Below the pieces are notes generated by a model. It saw only the letters and a program-made list of their open reading frames with translations. It was not told where the DNA came from and did no database searches. From an uncultured Gammaproteobacteria bacterium (GTDB taxonomy: Bacteria > Patescibacteriota > Microgenomatia > UBA8517): DNA of 59,060 nt. A program made the position numbers and the translations under genes. The DNA is taken from the NCBI GenBank assembly GCA_964458085.1, contig CAYWFF010000002.1, positions 3,473 through 62,532 of the forward strand, given 5' to 3'. Below, piece after piece: positions 9,920 through 18,239 of this stretch (its first letter is position 1; the number at the start of each line of letters is the position of its first letter).

Positions 9920-11335
9920 TTATTCTTCAAGCCAGGAAATAAACTCATATTCACCTGAAGTGGGGAAATAAGGCGGCGGATCGTAAAGCACATGAGTATC
10001 ATAGTTAATTGTTCTTGTAACAAATCCTGATTCTAAGGGATTATTGAAATTCCAATATGATTTGTAGTAAGAAATGAGTGAGCCGTTAATTGTCAGACTG
10101 TCACGGATTGAACTTGATGATTCTCCGCAATTGTCAAGGTAGCCGTGTCTGATAATTTTGCCTTTCTGAGCCATTAATACTCCGTCAATTTGAAAATTAG
10201 TAGGGATATCACGGGCAAAAAAGATATTGTTTTGGGAAATAAGCCCCAAAACATCACTTCCGTCATAAGCAGTGTATGTGATGTTTCCCGTTATCCATAT
10301 ATCTGCATCACTTGATTGAATAGGAAATGTTGCCGCTACTACTGTAATGCGCCCTCTGACTTGTCCTTCTACCCACACGTTGTCTTCTGCAAAAATAATC
10401 GGGGTCGAGGAGAGATCATATGTTCCTACAAGTGATTCATTTGTTATTTGCTGATAAATTCGTCTGCAGCCGCCCTGACCTTCTGCGCCCAATCCCTGAC
10501 CCGGAACACTATATCCTCTTATCGATGAAGTTCTGGATACTCTTCTGACTGTTACAGTGCCGGTATCCGAAAAAGTTAAATGATATCCATCAGCACCGGA
10601 AGAAGGTAGATGCAGCCCGTCACTTTGAGCTGCGGTTCTCATGTGCGGCAAATCCAGAGAAATTGCATCGAAATCTATTTGGGTAACAGGAAATTGCCAC
10701 AGACCAGCATCACTTCCGTCTCCCCAAACGCCTGGCTTTCGGGTGGGCGGTTGACAACCAGTTTCAGAGCCGCAGTGATATTCTTCCTGAGCACTGGTAA
10801 CAAGAGATGTATTTATTCCATCCATCCTGAGTCCGTTATTGGAATGAATAAGACCGTTAATAGTGATGCCTTCCGCATACCATGCGCTTGCGTTGGATAA
10901 AAACGAATATATTGCAAAAGAAGGCTGTCCGTATTGGACGCGAATGGTCCTTTTTACCGAAGGGTACTGGTATGTCCACCCGGTGGATCTAATAGTTACA
11001 ATTGACGATCCTAGAGAGGGCGATGTGATAGCTAAAGAATACTTACCTACTGCGTTTCCTTGGGGATCAATGTATTCATGTTCATAAGGACCTTCTGCGC
11101 CGGTTCCGTCCTGAAAGTCATCAGGATCATGGGCTAAATGCCAGCGGTAATAATCTACTCCGGCTTCGGCGACATGCAGTGCCATTTCTGATGCAACTTG
11201 CCTATTGGAATATTCCAATTGATTACCAAGCACAAACAAAAGTCCATAAACTACTACTAAAAATGCTCCGGTAATTACTATTATTGCGGGTGTTGCCGTC
11301 CCTGATGCTCGTTTTTTTAATATTTTATACATCAA
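9920..11335 (-). CDS. PilX N-terminal-domain pilus-associated protein (large minor-pilin-like)
   Basis: N-terminal hydrophobic helix followed by ...ALHVAEAGVDYY..., resembling the PilX_N domain. 471 aa, in the pilus locus. Confidence 0.6.
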   Translation of the reverse strand: MMYKILKKRASGTATPAIIVITGAFLVVVYGLLFVLGNQLEYSNRQVASEMALHVAEAGVDYYRWHLAHDPDDFQDGTGAEGPYEHEYIDPQGNAVGKYSLAITSPSLGSSIVTIRSTGWTYQYPSVKRTIRVQYGQPSFAIYSFLSNASAWYAEGITINGLIHSNNGLRMDGINTSLVTSAQEEYHCGSETGCQPPTRKPGVWGDGSDAGLWQFPVTQIDFDAISLDLPHMRTAAQSDGLHLPSSGADGYHLTFSDTGTVTVRRVSRTSSIRGYSVPGQGLGAEGQGGCRRIYQQITNESLVGTYDLSSTPIIFAEDNVWVEGQVRGRITVVAATFPIQSSDADIWITGNITYTAYDGSDVLGLISQNNIFFARDIPTNFQIDGVLMAQKGKIIRHGYLDNCGESSSSIRDSLTINGSLISYYKSYWNFNNPLESGFVTRTINYDTHVLYDPPPYFPTSGEYEFISWLEE

Positions 11336-11373
11336 TTTAATCCTACACCTTTTAAGATTGCTTCCTCAATAAT

Positions 11374-11985
11374 TCATAAATTTTCCTTTAACATTCGAAG
11401 CTGTACGTATGATTCAAGTATGTAGTTGTCCTCAGGCGCATCCCGTGTGTTAAGTTCAAGATAGACCTTCATCATCTTGGTTTCGGAAAGTCTAATCGGT
11501 TGTGGAAGCGGATTGTTAACAGTGTCTGCTGGCCAGTCTCCATTGTAATAGTAAAAAATTGAATCAGTTTCGTTACGGACATTTTCAGTAAGTAGTCTTA
11601 CTTTTTCTGAAGCGCTGGGGTAAGTAGGCGGATAACCGACAGGGTCAATTACGCCTTTGACCAAACTAGATCCGGAAAGAGTATAGCGAACTCTCTCGCT
11701 TTCACCGTCATAGTCGATATCAGAATAAAAAATTATTTCCTGATCGTGAGCCCTCTCCAAAGGATAAGCAGCATTTTCTCCGGCTCGAATGTTTCTAATC
11801 TCTCTAACTAAAGTTGAAATATTGCTATTTGCCTGATCAACATTAATATAGTTTTGAACAGCTGTTAATTGGGTTTGGCTGAAAATATACTGTAAACCGA
11901 CTAAAGCAAGACCAAGCATGCTTGTAAGCGCAGCTGCAATAACTACTTCAATTAAAGTAAAACCTGACTGTTTTTTTTGTTTCAT
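11374..11985 (-). CDS. Prepilin-type N-terminal cleavage/methylation domain protein (minor pilin, PilW-like)
   Basis: Class III signal KQSG/FTLIEVVIAAAL. Confidence 0.8.
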   Translation of the reverse strand: MKQKKQSGFTLIEVVIAAALTSMLGLALVGLQYIFSQTQLTAVQNYINVDQANSNISTLVREIRNIRAGENAAYPLERAHDQEIIFYSDIDYDGESERVRYTLSGSSLVKGVIDPVGYPPTYPSASEKVRLLTENVRNETDSIFYYYNGDWPADTVNNPLPQPIRLSETKMMKVYLELNTRDAPEDNYILESYVQLRMLKENL

Positions 11986-13346
11986 GGATTTGGTGTTAAA
12001 AATATTTTCTCATGAGCTGCAGATGACGCTGTTATACTTCCGGAAAAATCCAAGTATCCAGAAATTGTCGCAGCTAGGGGATATTGCTGATTATTTAAAT
12101 TATCATAGAATACCTGTCCAAAATCCGGATCTCCTGCAAGTCCTGAAAACTTTTGTAAACTTACCGATGGAGGAACTTGAAGTGTGGCTGAGACTGATGC
12201 TACCTGTAAATTATTAGTGTTGTCCACAAACGATATAAGTAAACTGTTATCAGTTTTGGTAGTTAAAGCAAGACTTAACGTAATACTAGTATTAGGGAGT
12301 AAAGTCAGTGGCAGTAAGGGATTACTACCGGATACGGTAAGATTAAGTGAAGTCGGGATTGTAATGTGATAGTTGTCCCACTCAACGCTTGATAGGTTCA
12401 GCGCACCTGACGTGTCTGTCGTAAGCGTTTCCTGAAATTTATAGACAGGTTGAGCAGCATCGTCTGTTCCGATGGTTTTTTCACCGTGGATTTCCAAAGA
12501 AATATTTGGGTATGTCGAGAAACCTGCTTCCCTGTCATGAACCGTAGAAAGGGTTATGGTGCTAACTCTGTCTATTGCGAAGCTTACTTCTGAAAGCTGT
12601 CCTTCCAGAATGGTTTGGTGGGGTTTGTTGGGATTAGGGATTTCCGTCGTTGAGTATGTTCTCTCGGAACTATAGCCGGCTTTTGTAACTGTAATTTCAT
12701 AACAGGATACGCAAGCCGGGACTCCGGGTAATATGTACCTGCCGTTATCCGCAGTTTCAAACGTGAGGTCGATATTGGGTGTTACCGATGTTTGTACTAC
12801 TTGTACTTGCGCTTGCGGTACAGGTTCGCCGTTTGCATCAAATACCAGAATTGAAAGTGTTCCACCTCCGTCGTTTGTTTCTACGCCTTTGGGCGCAATG
12901 TCTGTCAGAAAAATTACCGGATTATTCCGTGAGGCTGCAAGTCCGCTCCATGAAACTTCTACCCGTACCCGTTTAAAATCAGTTGCTAAAAGATCATTCG
13001 GACTACCTCCTTGAGTGCCGTCAAAGGGATTATCAACATAAACAATTGCAGTTTTTATCGTAAAGGACAATTTGTTCCGTTCTACATTCTCCTCCTGAGC
13101 TAAAGTTCCTGCGGGTACACCTCCTGAAGTCCCAACTTCATCATATGGTAAATTTCTAATAAACTCTATCTTTTCTTGCGCTAAATGGCGGGCAGTGATT
13201 CGTGCGCGGTTAAAACTCACGAGTTCAAACGATGAAGTAATGAGGGTGAATACAGAGTGTGCCAAGATTGAAAAGATAGCCATGGCAATCAGAACTCCGA
13301 TTACAGTTTGGCCATAAAAACAAGGAGAGGGCAGTTTCCTTTTCAT
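11982..13346 (-). CDS. Minor-pilin-like protein with carboxypeptidase-regulatory-like beta-sandwich domain
   Basis: Likely start MKRKLPSPCFYGQTVIGVLIAMAIF at 13346, a degenerate prepilin N-terminus. Internal CarboxypepD_reg-like stretch (LSILVFDANGEPV...TVTKAGYS). 4-nt overlap with the downstream pilin gene. Confidence 0.6.
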   Translation of the reverse strand: MKRKLPSPCFYGQTVIGVLIAMAIFSILAHSVFTLITSSFELVSFNRARITARHLAQEKIEFIRNLPYDEVGTSGGVPAGTLAQEENVERNKLSFTIKTAIVYVDNPFDGTQGGSPNDLLATDFKRVRVEVSWSGLAASRNNPVIFLTDIAPKGVETNDGGGTLSILVFDANGEPVPQAQVQVVQTSVTPNIDLTFETADNGRYILPGVPACVSCYEITVTKAGYSSERTYSTTEIPNPNKPHQTILEGQLSEVSFAIDRVSTITLSTVHDREAGFSTYPNISLEIHGEKTIGTDDAAQPVYKFQETLTTDTSGALNLSSVEWDNYHITIPTSLNLTVSGSNPLLPLTLLPNTSITLSLALTTKTDNSLLISFVDNTNNLQVASVSATLQVPPSVSLQKFSGLAGDPDFGQVFYDNLNNQQYPLAATISGYLDFSGSITASSAAHEKIFLTPNP

Positions 13347-13410
13347 ATCAATTGCTATTAAGTATAGCATTTGCCATAATGAAGATGTGCTTAAAAAGCA
13401 CTTTCCTGCC

Positions 13411-14820
13411 ATGTATAAAAAATCATTAGTATCGATTTATCTTTCAAAGCGGTTCCTGCATATACTTCAGCTTTCGGCAAAGAAAAATAAGGTTATTAAA
13501 AATGCCTCCATACCCATCCCTGAAGATATCTTTAGTAGAGGAGACATAGTTGATACTGAAACTTTTGGAGCCTTTTTGAAAGGTATATGGGAAAAATTGG
13601 ACATAAAGGAAAAAACTGTAGGAATTGCTATTCCTGAAGCTTCCACTTTTACTAAATTGTTAAGCGTTCCTAAAGTTAGTGCAACGGAATTAGATGAAGC
13701 CGTTCGGTGGCAGGTTCAGGATGCATTTCCCGTAGAACAGGAAAAATTGATAGTTGATTGGAAACTTGTTTATAAAAAGGATACAGAATACTGCATTTTA
13801 CTGGTTGCGGCATATAAAGACATTTTAAATTCAATTGTTATTTCTGCCGAAAAAGCAGGGCTGTATCCGGTACTTGTTTTAACACCCGCAGTTGCAATAG
13901 CCGAACTTGTAAATTCAGACAAGCCTGCAATTATAGTTGTCAGAAATAGTGAAAGTTTGGTCTGTTTGGTTGAGGGTGATAAATTGTATGCAAGTTCCAT
14001 AATTACCGAAACCGATGAGGACGCAATTGTTCGTACTGCACTCCAAATTGTAAATCATTATAAAAAAGTAACTATTGAGGCTATTTTCCTGTCAGGCGCC
14101 GATGGTAATAATGATTTAGTAACAAAATTGACAGATGCATTGCATGCCCCGGTTAAAACAATTGATAAAAAAGTAAGCGGTTTAACCGCGGATCAGATGC
14201 AGGAGAATATAGTATCTTTGAGTCTGCAGTTCGCCCCTCTTGCTGAACCTTCGGACATTACAACTCTAAATCTTTTACCTTATCATTTGGTGCAAAAATA
14301 CAATCACGCAAAGTCTCGGATCCAGTTGTGGAGCATAAGTTTAACCATGACTCTCTTCAGCTGGACAATGTTGTCTTTGGCTGCAGTTTCATTATTCTTT
14401 TTAAGTAACCAAACAGCAGACATCAAAAAACAGCATCAAAATCAAGCCAGTGTAACAAGTGAACGGACGGCTTTAGATCAAAAAATCAGTGATATAAACA
14501 CAGTCACTGCTCAAGTTTTGAAAGTGAAAGAAGTATCACATTTACCGGAAGAAGTACTAAACATTGTCTTCATTGCTAAACCTCCAGGAGTATTATTAAG
14601 CCGTTATGAAATGGATTTGGATAAAGGTACGGTTGCCGTCCGGGGTATAGCTTCCGATAGACAGTCACTAATTGATTTTAAACAAAATCTAGAGAAAAGT
14701 GAGGATATTGATAAGGTTGAAATACCGATATCAAGTTTTGAAACAGAAATTGATGTTGAGTTCCAAGCTGCATTTAGCTATTTACCAATTACTACAAAAA
14801 GCAAAGTGACAAATAAATAA
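13411..14820 (+). CDS. pilM: Type IV pilus assembly protein PilM fused to a PilN-like TM/periplasmic module
   Basis: N-terminal ~300 aa actin-like PilM pattern, then a TM segment (LWSISLTMTLFSWTMLSLAAVSLFFL) and a coiled-coil/periplasmic tail. ATG at 13411; the track start at 13387 is a GTG. Confidence 0.75.
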   Translation: MYKKSLVSIYLSKRFLHILQLSAKKNKVIKNASIPIPEDIFSRGDIVDTETFGAFLKGIWEKLDIKEKTVGIAIPEASTFTKLLSVPKVSATELDEAVRWQVQDAFPVEQEKLIVDWKLVYKKDTEYCILLVAAYKDILNSIVISAEKAGLYPVLVLTPAVAIAELVNSDKPAIIVVRNSESLVCLVEGDKLYASSIITETDEDAIVRTALQIVNHYKKVTIEAIFLSGADGNNDLVTKLTDALHAPVKTIDKKVSGLTADQMQENIVSLSLQFAPLAEPSDITTLNLLPYHLVQKYNHAKSRIQLWSISLTMTLFSWTMLSLAAVSLFFLSNQTADIKKQHQNQASVTSERTALDQKISDINTVTAQVLKVKEVSHLPEEVLNIVFIAKPPGVLLSRYEMDLDKGTVAVRGIASDRQSLIDFKQNLEKSEDIDKVEIPISSFETEIDVEFQAAFSYLPITTKSKVTNK

Positions 14821-14821
14821 T

Positions 14822-15586
14822 ATGCAAGTTATAAAAGCAAAAAGCTATTTAACAGAAATGAAGGAGCTGCCTACTGAGGAAGCAGAAAAAGTTGAACATA
14901 AAAAAGCTCCGGTGGTGCCGGCAGCACCCAAGCCAGAAGTTTCTGATAGAGTACATATTTCTCCGCCCGATGCCGAAAAACCGATTTCAACCAACAAAAC
15001 ACCGAATGAGGAAATTCAATTGGCTTCATCCCCCTTCGGTGCTAAAGACATAATTCTAGGCATAATAAACATCATCCTTATAAGTGCTACGCTTTTTATA
15101 GTATTTGTCAGTTTGCCGGCAAAGTCTTTAGAATACAATAAATTAAAATTTGATATTCTTAAAAATGATGCCGGCGTAACCGCTCAAAAAAATGAATTGG
15201 AACCGCACACCGACAGGGCAGAAGATTTAGCTGGTTTGTTTTTGGACGAGAGCGGAGTTGTGGATTTTGTGAAAGCAGTAGAAGATATTAAAAAAGAAGA
15301 ACCTGTTATAGTTAAACTTACCATTCCGAATCAAAAAGCAGTGAAAGATAAAACCGGGATGTACGGTATACCTGTTGCCATTGAAATGCGTGGGACCTGG
15401 CAGGAAATAGATAGAGCGCTACAAAAAATTAATACGCTCCCCTATCTTTTCAGGGCTGCGAAGTTTGACGTTGCGCCACCAAGAACAGTGACATCAACAG
15501 GAGAAACCATAGTTGTCAACCCCAACGTATTGGACGTGACATACGGAGGATTGTTATATGCAAAAGAAGAACTCGCCAAAAATTGA
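14822..15586 (+). CDS. PilO-like bitopic pilus assembly protein
   Basis: Single TM (IILGIINIILISATLFIVFV) followed by a periplasmic domain. Position after pilM/N supports the call. Confidence 0.5.
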   Translation: MQVIKAKSYLTEMKELPTEEAEKVEHKKAPVVPAAPKPEVSDRVHISPPDAEKPISTNKTPNEEIQLASSPFGAKDIILGIINIILISATLFIVFVSLPAKSLEYNKLKFDILKNDAGVTAQKNELEPHTDRAEDLAGLFLDESGVVDFVKAVEDIKKEEPVIVKLTIPNQKAVKDKTGMYGIPVAIEMRGTWQEIDRALQKINTLPYLFRAAKFDVAPPRTVTSTGETIVVNPNVLDVTYGGLLYAKEELAKN

Positions 15587-15797
15587 TAAGTTTTTTATGT
15601 TTTACGTTTCAGTACTGATTGTGCTTTCTGTTTTGCTGGTCATTACCATTCAGCGTATTTTTACTTCATTTTTGTCTGCATATGAAGTGGACCAAGCTTC
15701 CCTGCAGGAGAAAGTAGTAATTGATGAAGCAAAACTTAACGAAGCTCATGGTTGGGTATACAATAAAAATGCAATACCGTTAACTCTATCCGAATGA
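15558..15797 (+). CDS. Small membrane protein, pilus locus
   Basis: 79-aa ORF with one TM segment. Overlaps both neighbours, suggesting coupling. An alternative ATG at 15597 is possible. Confidence 0.45.
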   Translation: MQKKNSPKIDKFFMFYVSVLIVLSVLLVITIQRIFTSFLSAYEVDQASLQEKVVIDEAKLNEAHGWVYNKNAIPLTLSE

Positions 15798-16267
15798 AAA
15801 TTAATATAAAAGGCGGTTTTACTTTACTTGAATTACTCCTGGTAATTGCTATTATTGGTATTCTATCAACCACCATGGTGGTTCTTCTTAATCCGGCAAC
15901 TCAGTTGGCTCGTGCAAGAGACAACAGGCGGGAAAGTGACCTTTACGCAATTCTTGCCGCAGTTTACCAGTACCAAGCGGAAAATTCGGGTGAGTTGCCT
16001 GATACTGATGGGGATCCGGATACAAGCAGTTTCCCTACCAGTCTTACCTGCATTGGTTCTGTCTCTCCCTGTTTTAATTTAGCGGGAGCCGGGGATGAAG
16101 ATACCATAGTTCCTACCTATTTGGCCTCCATGCCGATGGACCCCCGGCCTGTAAATGAAGGTGAGGGAACGGCAGAAAATACAGGTTACTTAATATTTGT
16201 GGATGCCAATAACCGCCTAGTGGCATCAGCCTCTGGGGAAACAAGAACCATTACTCAGACGAGATAA
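15794..16267 (+). CDS. pilA: Type IV pilin (major pilin candidate)
   Basis: Canonical prepilin leader MKINIKGG/FTLLELLLVIAIIGIL. Length 157 aa. Confidence 0.88.
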   Translation: MKINIKGGFTLLELLLVIAIIGILSTTMVVLLNPATQLARARDNRRESDLYAILAAVYQYQAENSGELPDTDGDPDTSSFPTSLTCIGSVSPCFNLAGAGDEDTIVPTYLASMPMDPRPVNEGEGTAENTGYLIFVDANNRLVASASGETRTITQTR

Positions 16268-16292
16268 ATAATAATCTAAATAAGGATTAGAC

Positions 16293-16321
16293 TTGCTTCC
16301 AATTTTGATAAACCCTATAAT
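16293..16321 (+). promoter_or_regulatory. Sigma-70-type promoter (TTGCTT-N17-TATAAT) for the 16331-18200 pair, probably giving a near-leaderless mRNA
   Basis: -35 at 16293-16298 and -10 at 16316-16321. The ATG at 16331 is only ~10 nt after the -10 element and no SD is present. Confidence 0.5.
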
Positions 16322-16330
16322 ATAACATCA

Positions 16331-17311
16331 ATGACTGAACTTTTAGATTCAACTTTACAAGGACAGGACTTTAATTCAAAAGAAAAAATTAATGTCGCTT
16401 TTTATAATAAATCTCTTAGAGATAGAGCTGTCAATACTGCGTTACATATTGGATCAATTGGGCTTAAATTATATCGAAGAGGAGAGTCGCCTGTAGCTCA
16501 ACCTAGCAATTTTTTGAATGTAAATTGGTCAAGTTTAGAAAAAGACCGAGAAACTTTAATTAATTTAGTACATTGTTATCAAAATGTTTTTGGTTCTGAT
16601 GAGAAGGCTAGAGGTACAAATTCTCCTGTCTGGGGCGAGGGTGCATATTGCATAAACGAAGGGAGAGATAAATTAATACCACTACCACAGTATAAAGAAC
16701 AATTAAGCAATGGTAATAATAAATGTACTGACTGTGGTTCACCGCTTGCTCCTTGTTATCCTGATTCTGACGTTGAAGCTGCGATACATAGAGAACTTAC
16801 TTCTAGTGAGTCTTCGTTTATTACCATAATGAAAGGTGATTCAAATACACCTGTGGCAGGTTTTTCTTGGGGGGCAGTTTGTCATAGTGCTGAGGAGTTG
16901 GGGGAAAGACTGATTGATACTAGATATCCTGACAATCCCAAAAGGGGAGTCCAGGTTGCCGATCCTTTAGTTGATAAGTTATTAAAAAATGGAGTAACAA
17001 AAGTGTTATTTTTTGATGAAATGGGAATAGTACGAGAATTCCGTGCGGGAATAGATCCTGTACGGTTTTTAGCAAGGGATGGTTTAGAAATGGCTCATGA
17101 TAATGGAGTTCGAAAAGCAATGTTTTGGACATCCACCAAGTCTCCTATTTTCAGGATTACAACATCAATGGGATTCCGACCCGTAATGGATGCTGATGGA
17201 CTAACATTTTTAATTAATGATAATATTGAACCATTATTAAAAATTGTTCAGAATCGTACTGAAGCTGAAATATATTCACAAATGAGAAAAGGATCTAAAA
17301 ATAATAAGTAG
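16331..17311 (+). CDS. Hypothetical protein coupled to hdcA (possibly an acyl-CoA N-acyltransferase-like fold)
   Basis: 326 aa with no clear family motif. Contains a CTDCGSPLAPC cysteine cluster. Its C-terminal half (VAGFSWGAV...LFFDEMGIVREFR) is loosely GNAT-like. The stop lies 1 nt before the hdcA start. Confidence 0.4.
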   Translation: MTELLDSTLQGQDFNSKEKINVAFYNKSLRDRAVNTALHIGSIGLKLYRRGESPVAQPSNFLNVNWSSLEKDRETLINLVHCYQNVFGSDEKARGTNSPVWGEGAYCINEGRDKLIPLPQYKEQLSNGNNKCTDCGSPLAPCYPDSDVEAAIHRELTSSESSFITIMKGDSNTPVAGFSWGAVCHSAEELGERLIDTRYPDNPKRGVQVADPLVDKLLKNGVTKVLFFDEMGIVREFRAGIDPVRFLARDGLEMAHDNGVRKAMFWTSTKSPIFRITTSMGFRPVMDADGLTFLINDNIEPLLKIVQNRTEAEIYSQMRKGSKNNK

Positions 17312-17312
17312 C

Positions 17313-18200
17313 ATGCTAACCAGACTGTTTAACAACAAAACAATAGCTTACAATCCAGAAAAGGTTGTTCATGGAGCAATATCTGCTTATGAAAACTATT
17401 GTGACGGGTTTGAAAGTCCTGGAGCGACTGGCAATAACTATCTGTTGGGAGTAGTGTTGGGGGCAGGTGTAGCAAAACTAGATTTGCGACATGATGGTTC
17501 GCAAATATTAGACGAAATTAATGCTTTTGATAGAGCTGAGGTGGCTGAAACAAATATTGGTCAGACTAATATGACAATTGTATCTTCTTTCTGTGGTCCT
17601 GCAGGTGCGATTTGGGGTTACGACTTAGTGAAAGCAGACAACTTACGTTCCCCTCATGAGTTGGAAATAGATCCAGTAGAAAGTATCGAACGTTCTATTC
17701 CCGTTTATACTGCTAAACCTCTAATGGATGCAACTAAAGCATTGTTTGGTACTGTTGATGAAAAACGATTTCCTCTATTGCCTGGTGCACATGTTCCATG
17801 TGCTGGAAAAAACTTTAAAGATGTTGGTCCCAGGAACATCTATGCGGCAATTGCAATTGGAATAGCTGAAGATCGAACAAAAAATGCTAATTTGCTTATG
17901 GAAGACTTGGGATGGCTCCCATTAAGACAAGACGAAAAGTCACATAGAAAATATAAAAAAATTGTTTTACAAAGTTTAGCAAAGAGTATAGTAGAAGTGG
18001 GAAAAAACCAGAATGTACAGTATAAGGAAATATTTACTGAAATGGTTGATGTTCGTGTTACTGATGGTCATGTGGGTTGTGCTTTGGTGGCTGCTCCATA
18101 TTTTACATTAGCGCAGAATGCTATTCCCCATAAGGATGTGAAAAAGTTAGTAAATATGTCCTTAGGGGAATGGAATAGCTTTTTTAGTACTACTAAATAA
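17313..18200 (+). CDS. hdcA: Pyruvoyl-dependent histidine decarboxylase proenzyme
   Basis: Collinear matches to the remembered Lactobacillus 30a HdcA: FDRAEVAETNIGQTNMTIVSSFCGPAG vs YDRAETKNAYIGQINMTTASSFTGVQG; IPVYTAKPLMDA vs LPIYDAKPLQDA; AAIAIGIAEDRTKNANLLMEDLGW vs SAIAISFAKDPTKDSSMFVEDAGVW; VAAPYFTL vs TVAPYVSL. Ser-Ser serinolysis site at codons 91/92 (17583-17588). Confidence 0.85.
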   Translation: MLTRLFNNKTIAYNPEKVVHGAISAYENYCDGFESPGATGNNYLLGVVLGAGVAKLDLRHDGSQILDEINAFDRAEVAETNIGQTNMTIVSSFCGPAGAIWGYDLVKADNLRSPHELEIDPVESIERSIPVYTAKPLMDATKALFGTVDEKRFPLLPGAHVPCAGKNFKDVGPRNIYAAIAIGIAEDRTKNANLLMEDLGWLPLRQDEKSHRKYKKIVLQSLAKSIVEVGKNQNVQYKEIFTEMVDVRVTDGHVGCALVAAPYFTLAQNAIPHKDVKKLVNMSLGEWNSFFSTTK

Positions 18201-18239
18201 CTTCTTGGATAAAACGCAATTCTCTGAAATAATAGAGTA

